The translations under genes and the position numbers were made by a program. From contig JAPETS010000009.1 of assembly GCA_026023565.1 (NCBI GenBank), positions 496,001-560,000 on the forward strand: a stretch of DNA of 64,000 nucleotides, read 5' to 3'. Positions 11,139-25,209 of the stretch are shown here, in pieces (the stretch's first letter is position 1; every line of letters begins with the position of its first letter). Below the pieces are notes generated by a model. That model searched no databases and had not been told where the DNA came from. It saw only the letters and a program-made list of their open reading frames with translations. This DNA comes from Cirrosporium novae-zelandiae. Taxonomy: Eukaryota.

Positions 11139-14100
11139 TTGGCTTTATCATAAAATATGTTCTTAGGCACATATGTTCTAGGAGGTATTTGGATAAAAAC
11201 CGAATTGTTTCTTGAGTTTGATGAGTGTTTTTGGAAGATTAGCCTTCTATCCTTTCCATTACATTCGTTTGAATGTGATATGTTATGTTCACTAGATATG
11301 GAATCTATCTCTAGAATAAACTAACCTGTGTACTCGAGTAGACATGTCCTACCTAATCTTCACGAATCCTTCAATGGTATGCAAATGAGATCAATATGTA
11401 TACAAGTCCTTTCTTGTCTCCAATAATAGTAGTTTATTTCCACGAGTGTAATGCTTGCTAAACCTGAATTGTTAGTGTGCGATCGAGAAGATCCCCCAGA
11501 ATGTAAATCTTTGGTTGGATTAAACGAGATCAAATGCGCTCGGGGCTAATCTCAAGTTCGATACGGCATTTCCTACTATAGCTTCTTGATGGTCGTCGTG
11601 TGAGGAAAGGCTGCCGGAAGCCCAATATGGCACAATTTTTTTCTTCCTCTCAGCTGCGTCATCTAGACAAGAGACAATTCTTGAGGATAAGCCGAAGTTA
11701 GCGGTAAGACGACATCCTACCATGAAGATCTATTCGATTTTAGCGGGGCTATTCCCTGCCCAAAGTCTCCTTGTTATTATAAATGAAGACTACATAAGGC
11801 TGGGCAAAAAAGCAGGGAATTCCTGTAGGCTGCATTTATTAACGTGTCTGCTAGTGATAACCATCCGAGGACAGTTCAGGGGATGAGGGGTACTGGGTGT
11901 CTGACAGCGGTAAGCAGAAGAAATGAATAAGGGTGTGGATATGCGTCATACTTATTGTTGGGCTTGGAGCAAGTGTGTAGATAAAAAGTAAGGGGCGTAT
12001 AGGCACTTTCTTGGTAAACTGTTTAAGACAAAAGTACCCAATTTCAAAGAAAGTTATAATGCATTACTATATTCGACGAGATGTTTGATTTGACGTCTTT
12101 TCTTTTTAGCTACTTTAAAAGTGCTTTCGAAAGTATAGCTTAAGTAGTAAGTTTTTAGTGATAGGGCTGAGTCGATCATTAGCCTTCCACTTCCGTGGGC
12201 CTCTACCCGCTAATGACGTTCAAAACCAGTAGCTATTAGTGATAAATAAGCGTCCCTGACATGATGCATTAGATTTTTGCTACTGCCATTGGGGTAGTGT
12301 GAGTAGTATAGTCACCAATTTAAACTGGCTTATGATTCCCTACTCTTAGAAGTACCCTTATAGGTCATACAAAGCCTTCGAGTAGCCGCGCAAGACCCTG
12401 CGAAATAGGATTAACCAAGGAAATCTTGTTCATTATAGTCTGATAGGGTCCTCGTTGTCTTTGTTGGAGTCAATGATGGTAGGGACTGGGAGTGGGAATC
12501 CATGGAGGCATTGAATGTAGTCAACAAATTAGGCTTTACCTAGTAATCATTATGAGACTAGGAGTTTTCATCCTCTAAAAGAATAATGAATAGAAACTGA
12601 AATAACGACGTTATATGCTAGGACTCTAGGATTCTTTTAATATTGGGAGGATGGTAGAAATTCTAGTTGCTGAGTATGAAAGAGAATTAAGACTGCATCG
12701 AAGGAAGTTGTACGTTGCATGGGATGATGACTGTGAAGGAACCTTCCATATAGCCAGGAGGGTTTCTTTCGTCTTTTTTTCTAGGTGGCAGATATATATC
12801 CTTGGAGCTTTCCTCGAATCTCAAGCACCTTCTTCCATTGTTTTTCGCCACCGTCGTTTTTGGACTGGCTAAGAGCCCGTCAATCCTTTGCGTACGAATT
12901 TCGCCAGCGATGGCCCGAGTTCTGGTCAGCTTGCGCCAATTATTGAAGCTCTCCTTCTAGCTGAACCAATTCAGCTTGAAAATATAATAAATTTTGCATA
13001 CTCAAAACTCCAAAGCGACGTAGGATTCCTAGTTCGTTATAGTGACTCATTAACATGGCGATTCTATAATATTCTTCCATTGTGGAAGATATAGCAAAGA
13101 AAGGAATTTTAGAAAAGTGTAGAGATCTAAAAATGATCGAGCATGAAGCTATCTTTTATATCCTTGAGTACGGCTTTGCAGATAATCCGATCACTTTTTA
13201 GAGAAGAAGGTTAAACAAAAAGCAAGCGGGGCCTCGTCAATCAACACCCATGATCTAATGTGCTACCTCCAAGATACTATTGAAAACGATATTGGTCCTT
13301 AAGGTAGCAAGGCTAATCACATACAACCTTGACCCCGCCTCTTATGCATTGCTGTCTAGCGTGGGAAGCATTTCACAAGGCTGGGGTAGAACAGTTGATA
13401 TTGTGTATGGTTTTATGTTTCTAAAATGCAATCCCTATAGTATAGCTTGTAATTCTGTCCATTGATGAAGTGATGCGATGTACGACTCGGATGTATTGGA
13501 TGCCTTATAGCGCATATTATTAACGTGGGAGATATTAAGAGGTTGTAAGTCTCATGATGAAGTGGTAGCTCAGATGAGAGCCTCTGGGAATAATTCACAG
13601 AAGTTAAATTTGCTCATAATCCCCGAACGTGTTTTGTTTTTTATAAAGGATTCTATCCAATTTGGCTATCATATAGCGCCCGCTCCGTTGCAAAAGCTCT
13701 TACTAGCATCTTTATATACGTGACTGGTAACGACACCAGTGAAGGCATCAAATCCAATGGAAAACAATCGAGATTTTGACAACCTAGAGCTGCAGGAAAA
13801 AAGAATGAAGGTAGCTACTAACATATTCGGGTCTTTTTGGGTTTCTTTGGGTCCTTCTATTTGGGATTTATATCTTTCATGTTCAATACTTATAGGAACA
13901 CCCCCCAATACTCAGTATCATTTCGATCGTCGCCACTTGAGGGATCAATGACAAAGGTTAGCTGAGAGTTTAATAACGAATACTTAACTTGGCATGACTA
14001 ATAGTAATTTTAAGGCCCCCCCATACTCCCATACGCCTCCAAATGAGCTTCAAGTCTATCTGGTATTAGTAGACAACATTCACGAAGACTTCAATCGGAC

Positions 14101-15360
14101 TGCAAAGATTGACTTGGGTTTGTTGTACTGGCTCCGAAATCCTCTTCTAGTCAAAATAGAAGGGCAGTTGAAAGTAAAAAACACTTCATGATGCTAGAAA
14201 TATTTGATATGTGGTTCTGATTATGTATTGTCACGAAAGTGTTGGTCTGTCTTATTCGATTAAGAGGCTAGTTACTGGTATTTATTTTACAACAAGTTGT
14301 CTACCAGCCCTAATTAGGAATAGCTTAGTTATTTATAATTAATTATTCCACACAATCAACAAACTCAAAATTCAGTTTTAAATAAAAACTTTAATTAATA
14401 TGATATCCATCTTACAATAGATAAGTTAAGTTGACTATCCTCACTAAGCCAAGACTACTAACATGAGACTATAATATTTCATTTTGCGCTCGTATCTCTT
14501 ATTACTTCTTAATACTACCTAGGTACAGTACTATCTCTTGAACTGTTCCCCCATGGCTACCGCCAGTAGGGGGGTATCATATAAGGATTATGATAGCTCA
14601 GATCACTCACTATTTTTAAACAGAGTTAAGTATCAACTTCTTATACCGAGCCTCAAGATCTTATCATTATCTTATCTCCTCATACTATATAATGGTTTAT
14701 CCAATAGTCAACAGCACATTCAACGGTTAATAAGATCAAGTACTAGGGGGGATAACCTACTAGTATCATTTTAGGTTCTACTGTCTTACTTATATCTTTG
14801 ATTCTTTATACCTCACGTGAATATTATTTTAGTCTATTTACCATGGTAGTTTTTATCCTGTCCTTGGAAGGTCTACATGCAAGGAACAGTTATAGCATTT
14901 TTTAGATGTCCAAAATCGAATTGAGAGCTAACCAAATTTAAGGTAAATGAGGAAAGTAGGACCCCCGATTCGCATTTCTCAACTTTGCCCTAGGACCCAG
15001 GTTCTCCTGTTATCAATTGCTTCTCTTTAACCAGGACCTTAGCATTCTACTTGTCTAATCTAACTCCTTCATTGATTGTTTCGTTAATACTCTTGCGAAG
15101 CCTTAGATTTTTTCAGGTCACAGCAGCAGTTATTCACGGCTCATGCAATATTTCTCCTAACCCCATTTAAGAATCTGAGATCACTAAGTAAGTTGTTTTG
15201 CGTATTTCTTACTGGGTAGTTTGAACTTGTTTTCACTGTCTCATTATCATTTTGCTAGATACCCTACCCGCCTTAGGTCGGAATTACCTAACTTCGTGCA
15301 GACAGGCGATAAGACTTCATCAACGAATGCAACAACTCACCATTTCATTAACATCTCAAG

Positions 15361-16547
15361 ATGTCTTCCGTTTTGACAACGACACAAAATGAATGCACGA
15401 AGTGTGCCAAGCTAACCACTTTATACTGTTCGCGATGTGTCGGAGCACCAGCATCCACAGACCTTATTCAGCGCGAGACTACTTACTATTGCTCTAAGGC
15501 ATGTCAGAGAAATGACTGGCCTGACCATAAACTTCACTGCAAGAGTTCAACTCTACGTAGGAGCCTATGCCGGGTAGGAGATACCGTACAAAAGGCATTA
15601 TACTTATTCCGTGAACAAGTTTTCGAGGCAACCATTGAGAAAATAGAAAGAGCCACAGATACGATAACTATTTACCAGGGGTTGACCAAGAGGAAGCCTG
15701 AAATGCCGCTCCCTACAGATATCTTTCGCAACGAGCAAGAAAAACAAAGTATCTTGGTCTTCCAATCTTGTGATGGCCCATTGATCTATATTGATAAATT
15801 GCTTAAGGTCCTTCTTGAAGGTAAGCACTGGTGCTCAAAGACAAAAATAACTCCTTACCTCTAATTACGGACGCTTTGGGCATTTGCTCAAATATCGAAG
15901 AATACGAATTCGAATTCAAGAACAAGGCCCTCCAGATCAAAGCAACTGATTCCATCGGCAGAGTCCATGACTATGACAGATGTGTTCACGTGGTTTTGAA
16001 GGTATTGCTTAAGAATGGAGAAGAATATGCCTTAGACTTGACTGGAGCCCAGTATGGTTACTTCGAGACTGTTATTCCTTTCAACGAGTATAAGCAGTCA
16101 AGAGTTGGCACTGGAGTCATACGCGAAAACATGGTATTTGGGGCAAGGAAGCGAATTTACACTGACGTCAAGAAGACATGTATTTCAAACGGAAACGACA
16201 TTACCCTTCTCCTCACTTACGAAAAATTTGCAGCAGCCTTTAATCAAGCCGTTCGGGATTGGCAAAAGGACAACAACCTGGAGCTTTCGGACATGCTTAA
16301 GCTACCCGAGGAGGGTTTTGTAGAAATGCAAGAGCATTTTCTTAGCGATGTTAAGAAACGCCTGGGAGAATTTGCGGTAAAACGAGATGAAACGAGTTTT
16401 CATATCTCTGGGAATACAGATAATAAAGAGGAGCCTGAGATGGATACCTCCTTCTTACCTCAAATAGCAGAGCTTCTTTCCCGCTATGGCATCGTACACT
16501 CTAATGACGACCCAGAGACAAGCAACAACATTGGAATCACTCCTTAG
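15361..16547 (+). CDS. MYND-type zinc finger protein (two exons, aberrant acceptor)
   Basis: CTKC...CSRC...YYCSKACQRNDWPDHKLHC MYND finger; the second exon carries HVVLKV...GEEYALDLTGAQYG, typical of this fungal MYND family. Donor GTAAGC at 15821. Confidence 0.8.
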
Positions 16548-17477
16548 TTTAGAGGAAGTGTCTTCAAAATACCTTCAGCAGGAATAAAACCGATCTTTTT
16601 TTTCTATACCTTTTTCTCTTGAATTCCAATTCGATCATGGGATAGTTATTAGCTTATGGTCAATTGATATAGTCACTATCAGTCTAGCCATCGAAGGATA
16701 GGGTTATCAGCCTCGAACAACCGAAAAGCAATTGTTACGTATGACTTGATTTGGAGAAAAAAAAAGGTCTGAATATCAATAGTTGTAGAACCCAGGTGAA
16801 GCATTCCCGACTCTCAATCAGCTTACTTCCAATCGAACACCCCTTCAGTCTAGCCGTTTCTTCCTTCCATTTAATACATAAGCTTTCAAAACTAAGTAAA
16901 CAAAAACCCCACTGATCAGTAAACCATCATCTCCAGACACAACGTGTGACAACGACAATTAATTAATTAATTAATACCACAAGTACTTGTATAAACAAAA
17001 TCAATCCATCAAATGGAAGAGGTGGGGCATACATACTGTAAAACCCCCTCATTACATCATCAAACTGATCTAGAAGGTCAAAACAGCGTAATCTCATCAC
17101 CGAAAGAAAAGTAAGAAAAAAGATGAGAAATCAAAAGCAACAATTAACAAACACAAAAAAAAAACACAAATGAGGAAACACTCTTAAAATCAAGATTATT
17201 TTTTTTTACACAGTAACATGTTTGCTAAAAATAGAGCGGGGACTTTCTTGAATCTCCATTATTCAAGTTTTGATTTCAAATCCGTTAAAATTGCACAAGT
17301 ACTTATAAAAAAGAGAAGAAAGAACACCGCTGGTTGGAAAATAAAACTGCCTTACTGTTTTGGATATACCTAAAACAATTTCACCAAAAGCCAAAGCCAT
17401 CATCGCCAAAACAAACAAAACGAACATTGAATACTTACTCCCATCAACATTTCCTTTAGTTGTTAAGAGAGAGAAAA

Positions 17478-18352
17478 ATGGCAGCTGCAGCGGCATCGGA
17501 TATCACGCTCTACACGGCGCAAACGCCTAATGGTATTAAGCTTTCAATTACACTTGAAGAACTTGGGTGAGTGTCTATTCTATCTATCTCTCAATCCGGT
17601 CTTCATTCATTCATTTACATGCCCGCCACATTGATTTTCCATCTTTGGACTAACCAAGCAAATTACCATAATTATATAGTATCCCTTACAAAGTAGAAAA
17701 AATCCAAATCAGCAAAAATGTCCAAAAGGAACCGTGGTTCCTGGCCATCAATCCCAACGGACGTATCCCCGCCCTAACTGATACCTTCATCGACGGACAA
17801 AAGATCCGGCTATTCGAGTCTGGTTCCATCATGATGTATCTGGTTGAGCGGTATGACACCGAACACAAGATTTCCTTCCCTAAGGGCACGCGCGAGTACT
17901 ACGAGGTGAACAACTGGCTGTTTTTCCTGAATGCGGGCGTGGGACCTATGCAGGGGCAGGCGAATCATTTCTTCAGATATGCGCCAGAAAAGATTGAGTA
18001 TGGCATCAATCGGTATCAAAACGAGACGAGGCGGTTGTATCGGGTGCTGGACAATCATTTCCAGGAGACGAAGAATCAGTACCTGGTTGGGGACAAGTGT
18101 ACAATTGCGGATATTGCGCATTATGGGTGGATTGCTGCGGCTGGGTGGGCCGGTATAGATATCGACGAGTTTCCGAATTTGAAGGCTTGGGAGAATAGGA
18201 TGGCGGGGAGGCCTGGGGTGCAGAAGGGGAGGGATGTGCCAGAGCCATCGACTATCAAGGAGATGTTGAAGGACAAGGAAGCCGTGGAGAGGCATGCGGC
18301 AGAGAGTAAGAAATGGATCCAGGAGGGGATGAAGGAGAATCAGAAGAAATGA
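17478..18352 (+). CDS. Glutathione S-transferase (Ure2/GstA-like)
   Basis: ITLYTAQTPNGIKLSITLEELG, one intron (GTGAGT donor at about 17567), then QKEPWFLAINPNGRIPAL, LFESGSIM, GPMQGQANHF and YLVGDKCTIADIAH. Confidence 0.95.
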
Positions 18353-18548
18353 GCAGGTTTTGCTATAAGCTATCCCGGATGTTATTGCCCGAGCTTTCTG
18401 AACATTCATTTCTTCATAAATAATGGTTTAGCTAGTAGCCGCGCCGTAAGCTTGGGCATGATCCTATGAGCGATGAACAATGGACCTCTTTATTTTGTCA
18501 TTAAACACATAGCACCATGGGCAATGCTGTTATATTCAATCACCAATC

Positions 18549-21477
18549 CTATTCACGGACTGGTTGAGCTCCTAACTCTATGTCAGCGGTGCTATATATT
18601 AATCTCCATTGTTTTCCTTACCTAAAACCCAACCAAGTCCGGATGCGAGACCACCTGTGACTGCTCTGCTAACCATATCCCTCTTTCTAACCTTACCTTC
18701 ATTATTGGTGCCAGTCGTAGACTCTGATCCAGACCTTGCACGACCCTCAAAGTCTAAATCGGGAGTAGCTATAGACATCCTATCTTTCTGTTCAGTAGTG
18801 TTATTCCTCAGAGGGAATGCGGTTTTGCTGAGTGCGGCCGCAGCCCCTCGAGCCACATCAAATAAACCCATAGGCGCGTCCTCCCTGTTGCTGCCTCTTG
18901 CAGGTTCTCTCCTCTTTTCGTTCCCTGGTATTTGCTGATCTAACGTAAAGCCACCAGGGATTATCATATCACCTTTAGAATTCCAACTTTCTTCCTCATG
19001 AACTTCTTGGGCACGTAACACTGCCATTTCTTCTTCACAACGCCTCCATACTCCTAATATCTCTGATAGTGCAGCCGGAGGAGCGAGAATCAGGGCTTTG
19101 GAGAGAAGTTCCATCCTCTGTTCCAATTGTCGGAGGGTACTTGCGCTAGAGCTAACTTGGTTGCTTGATCGATAACGTCCAGCATGATACGCGGCGCGCC
19201 AAAGGATATCATCTTGGTTCTGGGCGCATTCTTCCTGATTACCTGATGTTGAAATGTAGGCAAGTTTGTTAAGACAATAAGAATATGCAGTTTCAAAGTC
19301 ATCCTCTGAGAGAGCTGCTTCGATCGCCATTCCCATAATACGTCTTTCTGTGAACACTACTTTGAGATCGACCTTCTCCAGGGATATTTGGCTAGACACG
19401 ATCTCGGGTTTGGACATCGGAAGGCCAGCACGGATAAGATTCCGTCCGATGCCAATAAGATCATCCAATTTTGTGTAGCTCCTGAGATTCTGTTCCAGAA
19501 CTTTATTAATGAGCAGAATAGGGTCATGGTGCACACGTATATTGACTGGTCGGAATGGCACACCATGCTCCAAAATTAATGAATAAAACGATAATGCATG
19601 CGTAGCATTAAGGAGAGCTTCTATCTGACGGAAAGAGCATGACTCGGGGAACATATCTCGAAAAGCTGCAAGTCTATTGAAGATCAATGTAAGATTCCTA
19701 GGGGGGATATTAATCAAACACGCACATATCAGAAGCTTTTTTTACGCCCCCACGGCTTCGATTGCCATTGCTTGCATTGTCGTAAGCACCGAGAATAGCT
19801 TCTACGATAATCTGTTCAACTCTATCTCGAGATAAAAGTAGGCTTGAATTCCCTAGATAAATCCGAGATGCCACATTATACTCTGCACGTAGTTAGTACT
19901 TTTAGAAGTACCTAAGTAGAAAATTTGTTAAACATACCCTCGTTCTGTACTAGCAGTTCTAAGAATCCACGTTCTAGAGAATCCATTGTGACCTTACTAA
20001 AAATACCGACAGAGGGACTTTGGGATTCTTTAGGAGTCCATTTTTTAAGCCAGAGTAACTGCTGTCGAAGGCCTTCAGCGTCCTTGCTGAGCTTTATCTT
20101 TGTATTGACACTATGTAGAGTTTTCTGAAGAAGTTGATTCTGGGCATTAGTATCACCAAATAGACATATCTCGGCAAGATCGCGACAGGATAACGGAACC
20201 CCAAGGCCAACCAGCAAATAAGCAGATCTCAATAGACCAGAGACAAGTTGAATGGATTCATCAGTAGGAAATGTCAGAGAATCGTCAGGAAGGAGTATTA
20301 TTTCCTTTTCAAGCTGAGATTTAGATAGTTCCGCGATGTACTCTGCGGATAAATCTATTATTGGCATGGCAGAGTCTGGCGAACGATCAACACCCATTAC
20401 TTGTGTGATTCTTGCAACAATGCGCGAGCAATAGTCAAATACATCAGGTGAGGCATGGTTTGCGGAATATATGATGGCCAATCCAGCCTGCAGATACTGG
20501 AGTCTCCGGCTCTGCAGATACTCAATTGGCATTATCTTTTTTTCATCCATGTACCCTCCCAAATCCACATCTCCTGGACCATCCCATGTCCCAAAAGTCT
20601 CTCCGATTGTCGCAAAGTTATTCATAGCCGTCGATAGGAGCCATTCATTTACATATCTCCATTCATCATGTTCATTAACATTGCTCTGTAGTCCATCTTC
20701 TTTCCCGAAAATTTCACCTGTGGGATGGTTTTGGTTGTTTTCCACGACTTCATTAAGTTTTCGCCTTTTTACAAATGAGCTTCCGTACATCCAAGGTCCA
20801 ACCAATCCTCTCAAATCCCTAGTCAAGTTATTTTCATTTTCTTCGTGGTCATCACCAAGACATTTTGATAATAAAAAATTGATTGCCGATGATCCATGCA
20901 TTGCTTCAAAGTCCGAAAGGCTTGTGATTGTATCTCCTTCGGGATAGTATTCATAGCTGAATCGAAATAATGGCAGAATGCGGGTAATAACCCATATTCG
21001 AAGGTGGTCAGAGCGGCCAACAAATGGTTCCACTAGCTGAAAAATAATAGGCAGAAGCCCGGTATTGGCGTCGATTCTTCTCGCCCTGTGTATAAGAAAT
21101 GCGGTCAGGGCATCAGAAACAGCCTCGTGAGGAGTATCTGGGTCTGCTAGGTGTAACAGACGGAGCTTTCGCAGCCGTTTTCGGGCATTCTCCTCATCAG
21201 GCACATCAGCCAACTCGTTCTTTTCTGATTTTGATTGTAACTGTGCATGATCTATGGATATGTTGTCGTTGGAGATATCTTCTAGAAGAGGAATATATAG
21301 TGAAGGCTCTGTGCTTTCTGGTAAGAATGTCAATAGCAGGCGAAGGACAAATTCGTGATATAAGGTTTCTGGGCGACGGGCAATTAAGGATTGAAGTGCG
21401 GGTATATTGGCATCGATACAATATTGAACGGCGCATATGATGACTTGGGTAGTAGAGAACTGTTGGGGATTAGCCAT
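18549..21477 (-). CDS. SEC39: Dsl1 tethering complex subunit Sec39 / NBAS-like (multi-exon)
   Basis: LRLLLTFLPESTEP, RDLRGLVGPWMYG, WDGPGDVDLGGY, YDNASNGNRSRGGVKKA, ATHALSFYSL and PMGLFDVARGAA...VTGGLASGLGWVLG match fungal Sec39; short last exon ending GAQPVRE* at 18549. Confidence 0.9.
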
Positions 21478-22555
21478 GGTGTATGTGTGTGTTTTTTTCT
21501 GCAGCCCTAACTGATATGGCGAGGGGTTGTAGATGACAATTGCCTTTAGGAAGGTTTTCTTAGTTCCAGTAGGTAATTAGTTGGAGTTGATGCCAACAAA
21601 GGCCAACAAGGCCATACAGGGCTACTACGCTAAAGGTTCCGGGGGCTGATGAAATGGTGGAGGATCATCTAGTAATTACTGTAGTACATGTACTGTACTG
21701 TACCATAGCCGAGGCACCCAACAAAGTCCATGTTACTGTACTGTACAGTACATTCTCCGCCACGGACTCTAGATTGGTCATTTACTCCGCAATAACGAAT
21801 GATGGTTGCCTTGAACGCACATGGAAGTGGACACAGTGGAGTAATGAGTAGCAAACGGGCTGAGGAACTCTTGAAAAACTCTCTCCCAGCCAATAATAAT
21901 TGAATTAACTAAAGAACCGGGCGCAAAGGACAAATATTCATTCGTCTACTGGCTTTGATCCTGATGGCTCTTACAAGGCAATGAGGCAGAAGGCGAACTC
22001 TACTTGAACCTTCCTGGCTGTCTCGGCTCTTCTCCGACTTGCCCCGTTTTCTCTGGTTTCTATGCTAGTTCTTCGTTCTTTCCTAACAGCAAACTATCAG
22101 TAAACGTCACACTGCAGTTTGGATGCGCTTGGTCATGGACATGGACAGGATCAGCGACTACACTGAGCGCCCCTGGCCTGCAATCTATGGATTCCATGGC
22201 CAACGATTAGCAGCCGATGGCAAACTATGGCCTGTTCAGGGTTCTTTGCCGAAAGCGAATAGATGTAACGCGCTCGAACTAGCATGACTAGAAACCGATA
22301 TATCTACACACTGATACGGGGAATGTATGTTTAAGCAGTGGTACCCTTTGCCCCTCATCTCAAGTACAAGTACTTATTAATTAGTAGAGCCGCATATTTT
22401 TGTCTCACGTCTTATCAAGTACATATTCAGACTCTCAGGTCAGCGTGCGCGCTCTTTGCGTCACTGTGCTCAGTTGTCCTCTTATCAAATTTATAACCGC
22501 TACCAAGAACCCTGTCTATAACTCCAAATGTGTAGTTTTTGTTGGTTCTATCACA

Positions 22556-24408
22556 ATGGCTGAAATGGGAGTTCTTGCATATATCATCCAAGTCGCTGGG
22601 GCAGGCTTTAGGCTGGCTCTGGTCCTTAATGCTGTCGGCACCGAAGTTGCATTAGCTGGCATCGAGATCCACAGTATCTCGAAAGGCATCACCCTCTTCT
22701 CGCTAGTGCTTAAGCAAGTCGGAAATACCCTTAAGCTCGAGAATTCTATCCATTCGCAAGAAGCCTTGGATACTGCGAGAGAAATTGCAAAGCAGAGTGA
22801 ATTGGTATTTGAAGAAATAAAAGAAATGCTGGCAAAGGTGCAACCATATGACTCAGAGGGTCGGAGAATACCAGTCAATCTTGCATCTAGAGTCAAATGG
22901 TGTTTTAAGAAACACAAAGTGAGCTATTTATTGGGACAACTAGAGTCCCTCAAGCTCAGCTTGTCTATGATGCTTCAGATTTTGGATCTAGCTGCGGTCA
23001 TTGAAGTATCCTCGTGGGTCTTCTTATTTTCTTCCTTCTTGATACCATACTAATATCGGTCACTAGACGTAAATATGAAAACGAACTAGACAGGGAAGAC
23101 GAGATTGTGCAGGAACGAGCAGAAGTTCAGAACATGATAATTGTCCGACATTGGTCTGTTGTCCGATTAAAAAGATTGTATCATCAGGCCAAGGATGAAC
23201 AAGAGGAAAGCCAGACTCCTCCAGTCTATGATGCGGCCGACAACTCTAATAGTATTCCGCTCCCCGTTGGCGGCGACTCTTTCAATGGTGTGGCACCTGT
23301 CAAAACTGTTGTTCGATTCACAGAACCAAAAGTTTTGGCAAGTATTGATGCCACAATGCACGATCATGAGAAACCAAGTGACATTCTAACGATGTCAAGC
23401 ACGTTCGTGGATATGCTTTTAAGGGAATGGACAAGGTTGCAGAATCTTCCACCACCACCATCTGGCATGAATGAAAATCCACTCTCCAAGCCTGTATATG
23501 AATACGTTGAGTCCGATGACGAAGAGGACTCTGGTGAATATACCTTGTACTCTCCTAAGGCTAGAGGTCATTACATTGAGGGATCTGAGACTAATCAGAG
23601 TGTAACTTCATTGCAAAATAGCCGTCTTAAGGCTGTTCATTTTCCACGTGATCCACGATACCAACCTAGTGTGGAGAGTGATGCAGATGAATATGATGAT
23701 CGGCCACGTGGAAAACGACCGCCATCAAATAGATATGTTATTGAAACTGATGCAGAAGCTGTTGAGGCTGCCAGTTGGTCCGGGTCGCAGAATAGCGACA
23801 ATAAACCAAAACCACCTAGATCTCCTCGATCCGCGAGAAGGTTTAGTGGGACCGAACAAGCTCAGAGTCGGCCAAGAGGATTTGCTCCTGATAACAAACT
23901 ATACAATAGCAACTATCACCCGCCGCTAGGTGGTAAACCGGTCATACCTCCTTCACCAACACAAACGAGAGGCGTGCCCATACCCCCTCGGAGACTAGGA
24001 CCCCAGCATGCATATTCATCTCCAACAGTCCCACGATATTCTCCAGGATATCCGACACCTCAGTCAGGATTAACTCCACCAAGTTCACCCTATGGAAAAC
24101 CACCGACTCCAATTCAAGGTACACCACCCGTCTCTCAGTACCCCAATCCCCTTCCTCAACATTCACGACAGCATCCACCCCCACATCCATTCTCCCGTTC
24201 TTCAAATCCATTAGCACCGCCCACATCATCAGAACGGGAGAGATCTCCATCAAAACATCGAGATAGGGATAGGGATAGGGATAGAGAAAGAAGGAAATCC
24301 AGTGGGAGATCATCAAAAAGCCAGAGTGGTACGGTAACGAAAGGTCTTCTTGGTGGATTAGGCGCCTGGAGCGTGTTTGAAATTCTGGAGGAGCTGGGGA
24401 ATATCTAA
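22556..24408 (+). CDS. Protein with N-terminal HeLo-like / fungal STAND N-terminal-type helical domain and Pro/Ser-rich disordered C-terminus
   Basis: MAEMGVLAYIIQVAGAGFRLALVL...ITLFSLVLKQV...RVKWCFKKHKVSYLLGQLESLKLSLSMMLQIL; intron 23014..23066 (GTGGGT..CTAAT..TAG) joins in frame to the long ORF ending at 24408. Confidence 0.75.
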
Positions 24409-25209
24409 TCAATGTGCAACTTGGGCACTTTGAATATCTTGGGCGTATTATGGCTACGTCTCAGTCTGTTTCATTTACTAGTGAGAATATTTTTGGGATG
24501 AGTTGGATTTATCCACGGAAGGACTTCCCAAAGAAGCCAGATGTGATGTCTGGAACGGTGTCATGACTTATGACAATACCAAGATGTAATTTAACTTGTA
24601 TCATAACCGCCACAATTACAAAAAAAGTTCATATAATTATCCAACTTCCCCCCACAATAAAGTTAGCTATAACAACATCATAAACTATCTCTGCGCCCAA
24701 ATATCCTCGCTTCATTTTATTATCATGTCCTTAGTATCATTAGAACTCCTATGACTTCATTATGATTTTTTCCGTAAGGACTGATTTATATGAAAACGCG
24801 AATGTGGAAGTATCCTCGTGCCGTAGCTTATTTGCGTGGAGACGACATTATTCGATTTTCATAGGCCAATTAGACTGGGGGGGAAGGGGGATTAGTCTAG
24901 TTAGTCCAATCTATCCTGGGCTCCTGCCAGTTAACATTCCACCTTGGTTTGTTTCATAAATTCACGATCAACCAAGTTCAAGGGCTTACCTTATACTAAT
25001 GCCTTCATACCTCCCTCATTTCAACATCTATCTATTCATACTCACTAGGATTGATCCATTATATACTTTGTGCATAGATATTAAAGACGATACGCTCGTT
25101 ACCTTGACAAAGGTAGTAACACAGGTCATGTCTCTAGTCTTTTCTCATCACGCTGAGATTCATTTGTGTGTACAGGGCTAACGGTAATTATACCCACTCT
25201 GCCAAAAAC

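Noticed and set aside
17810..18409. 199-aa ORF antisense to the GST gene
   Set aside because: Shadow ORF of a well-supported gene; the same applies to antisense ORFs over SPP1, STM1, EFR3 and the NuSAP-like gene.
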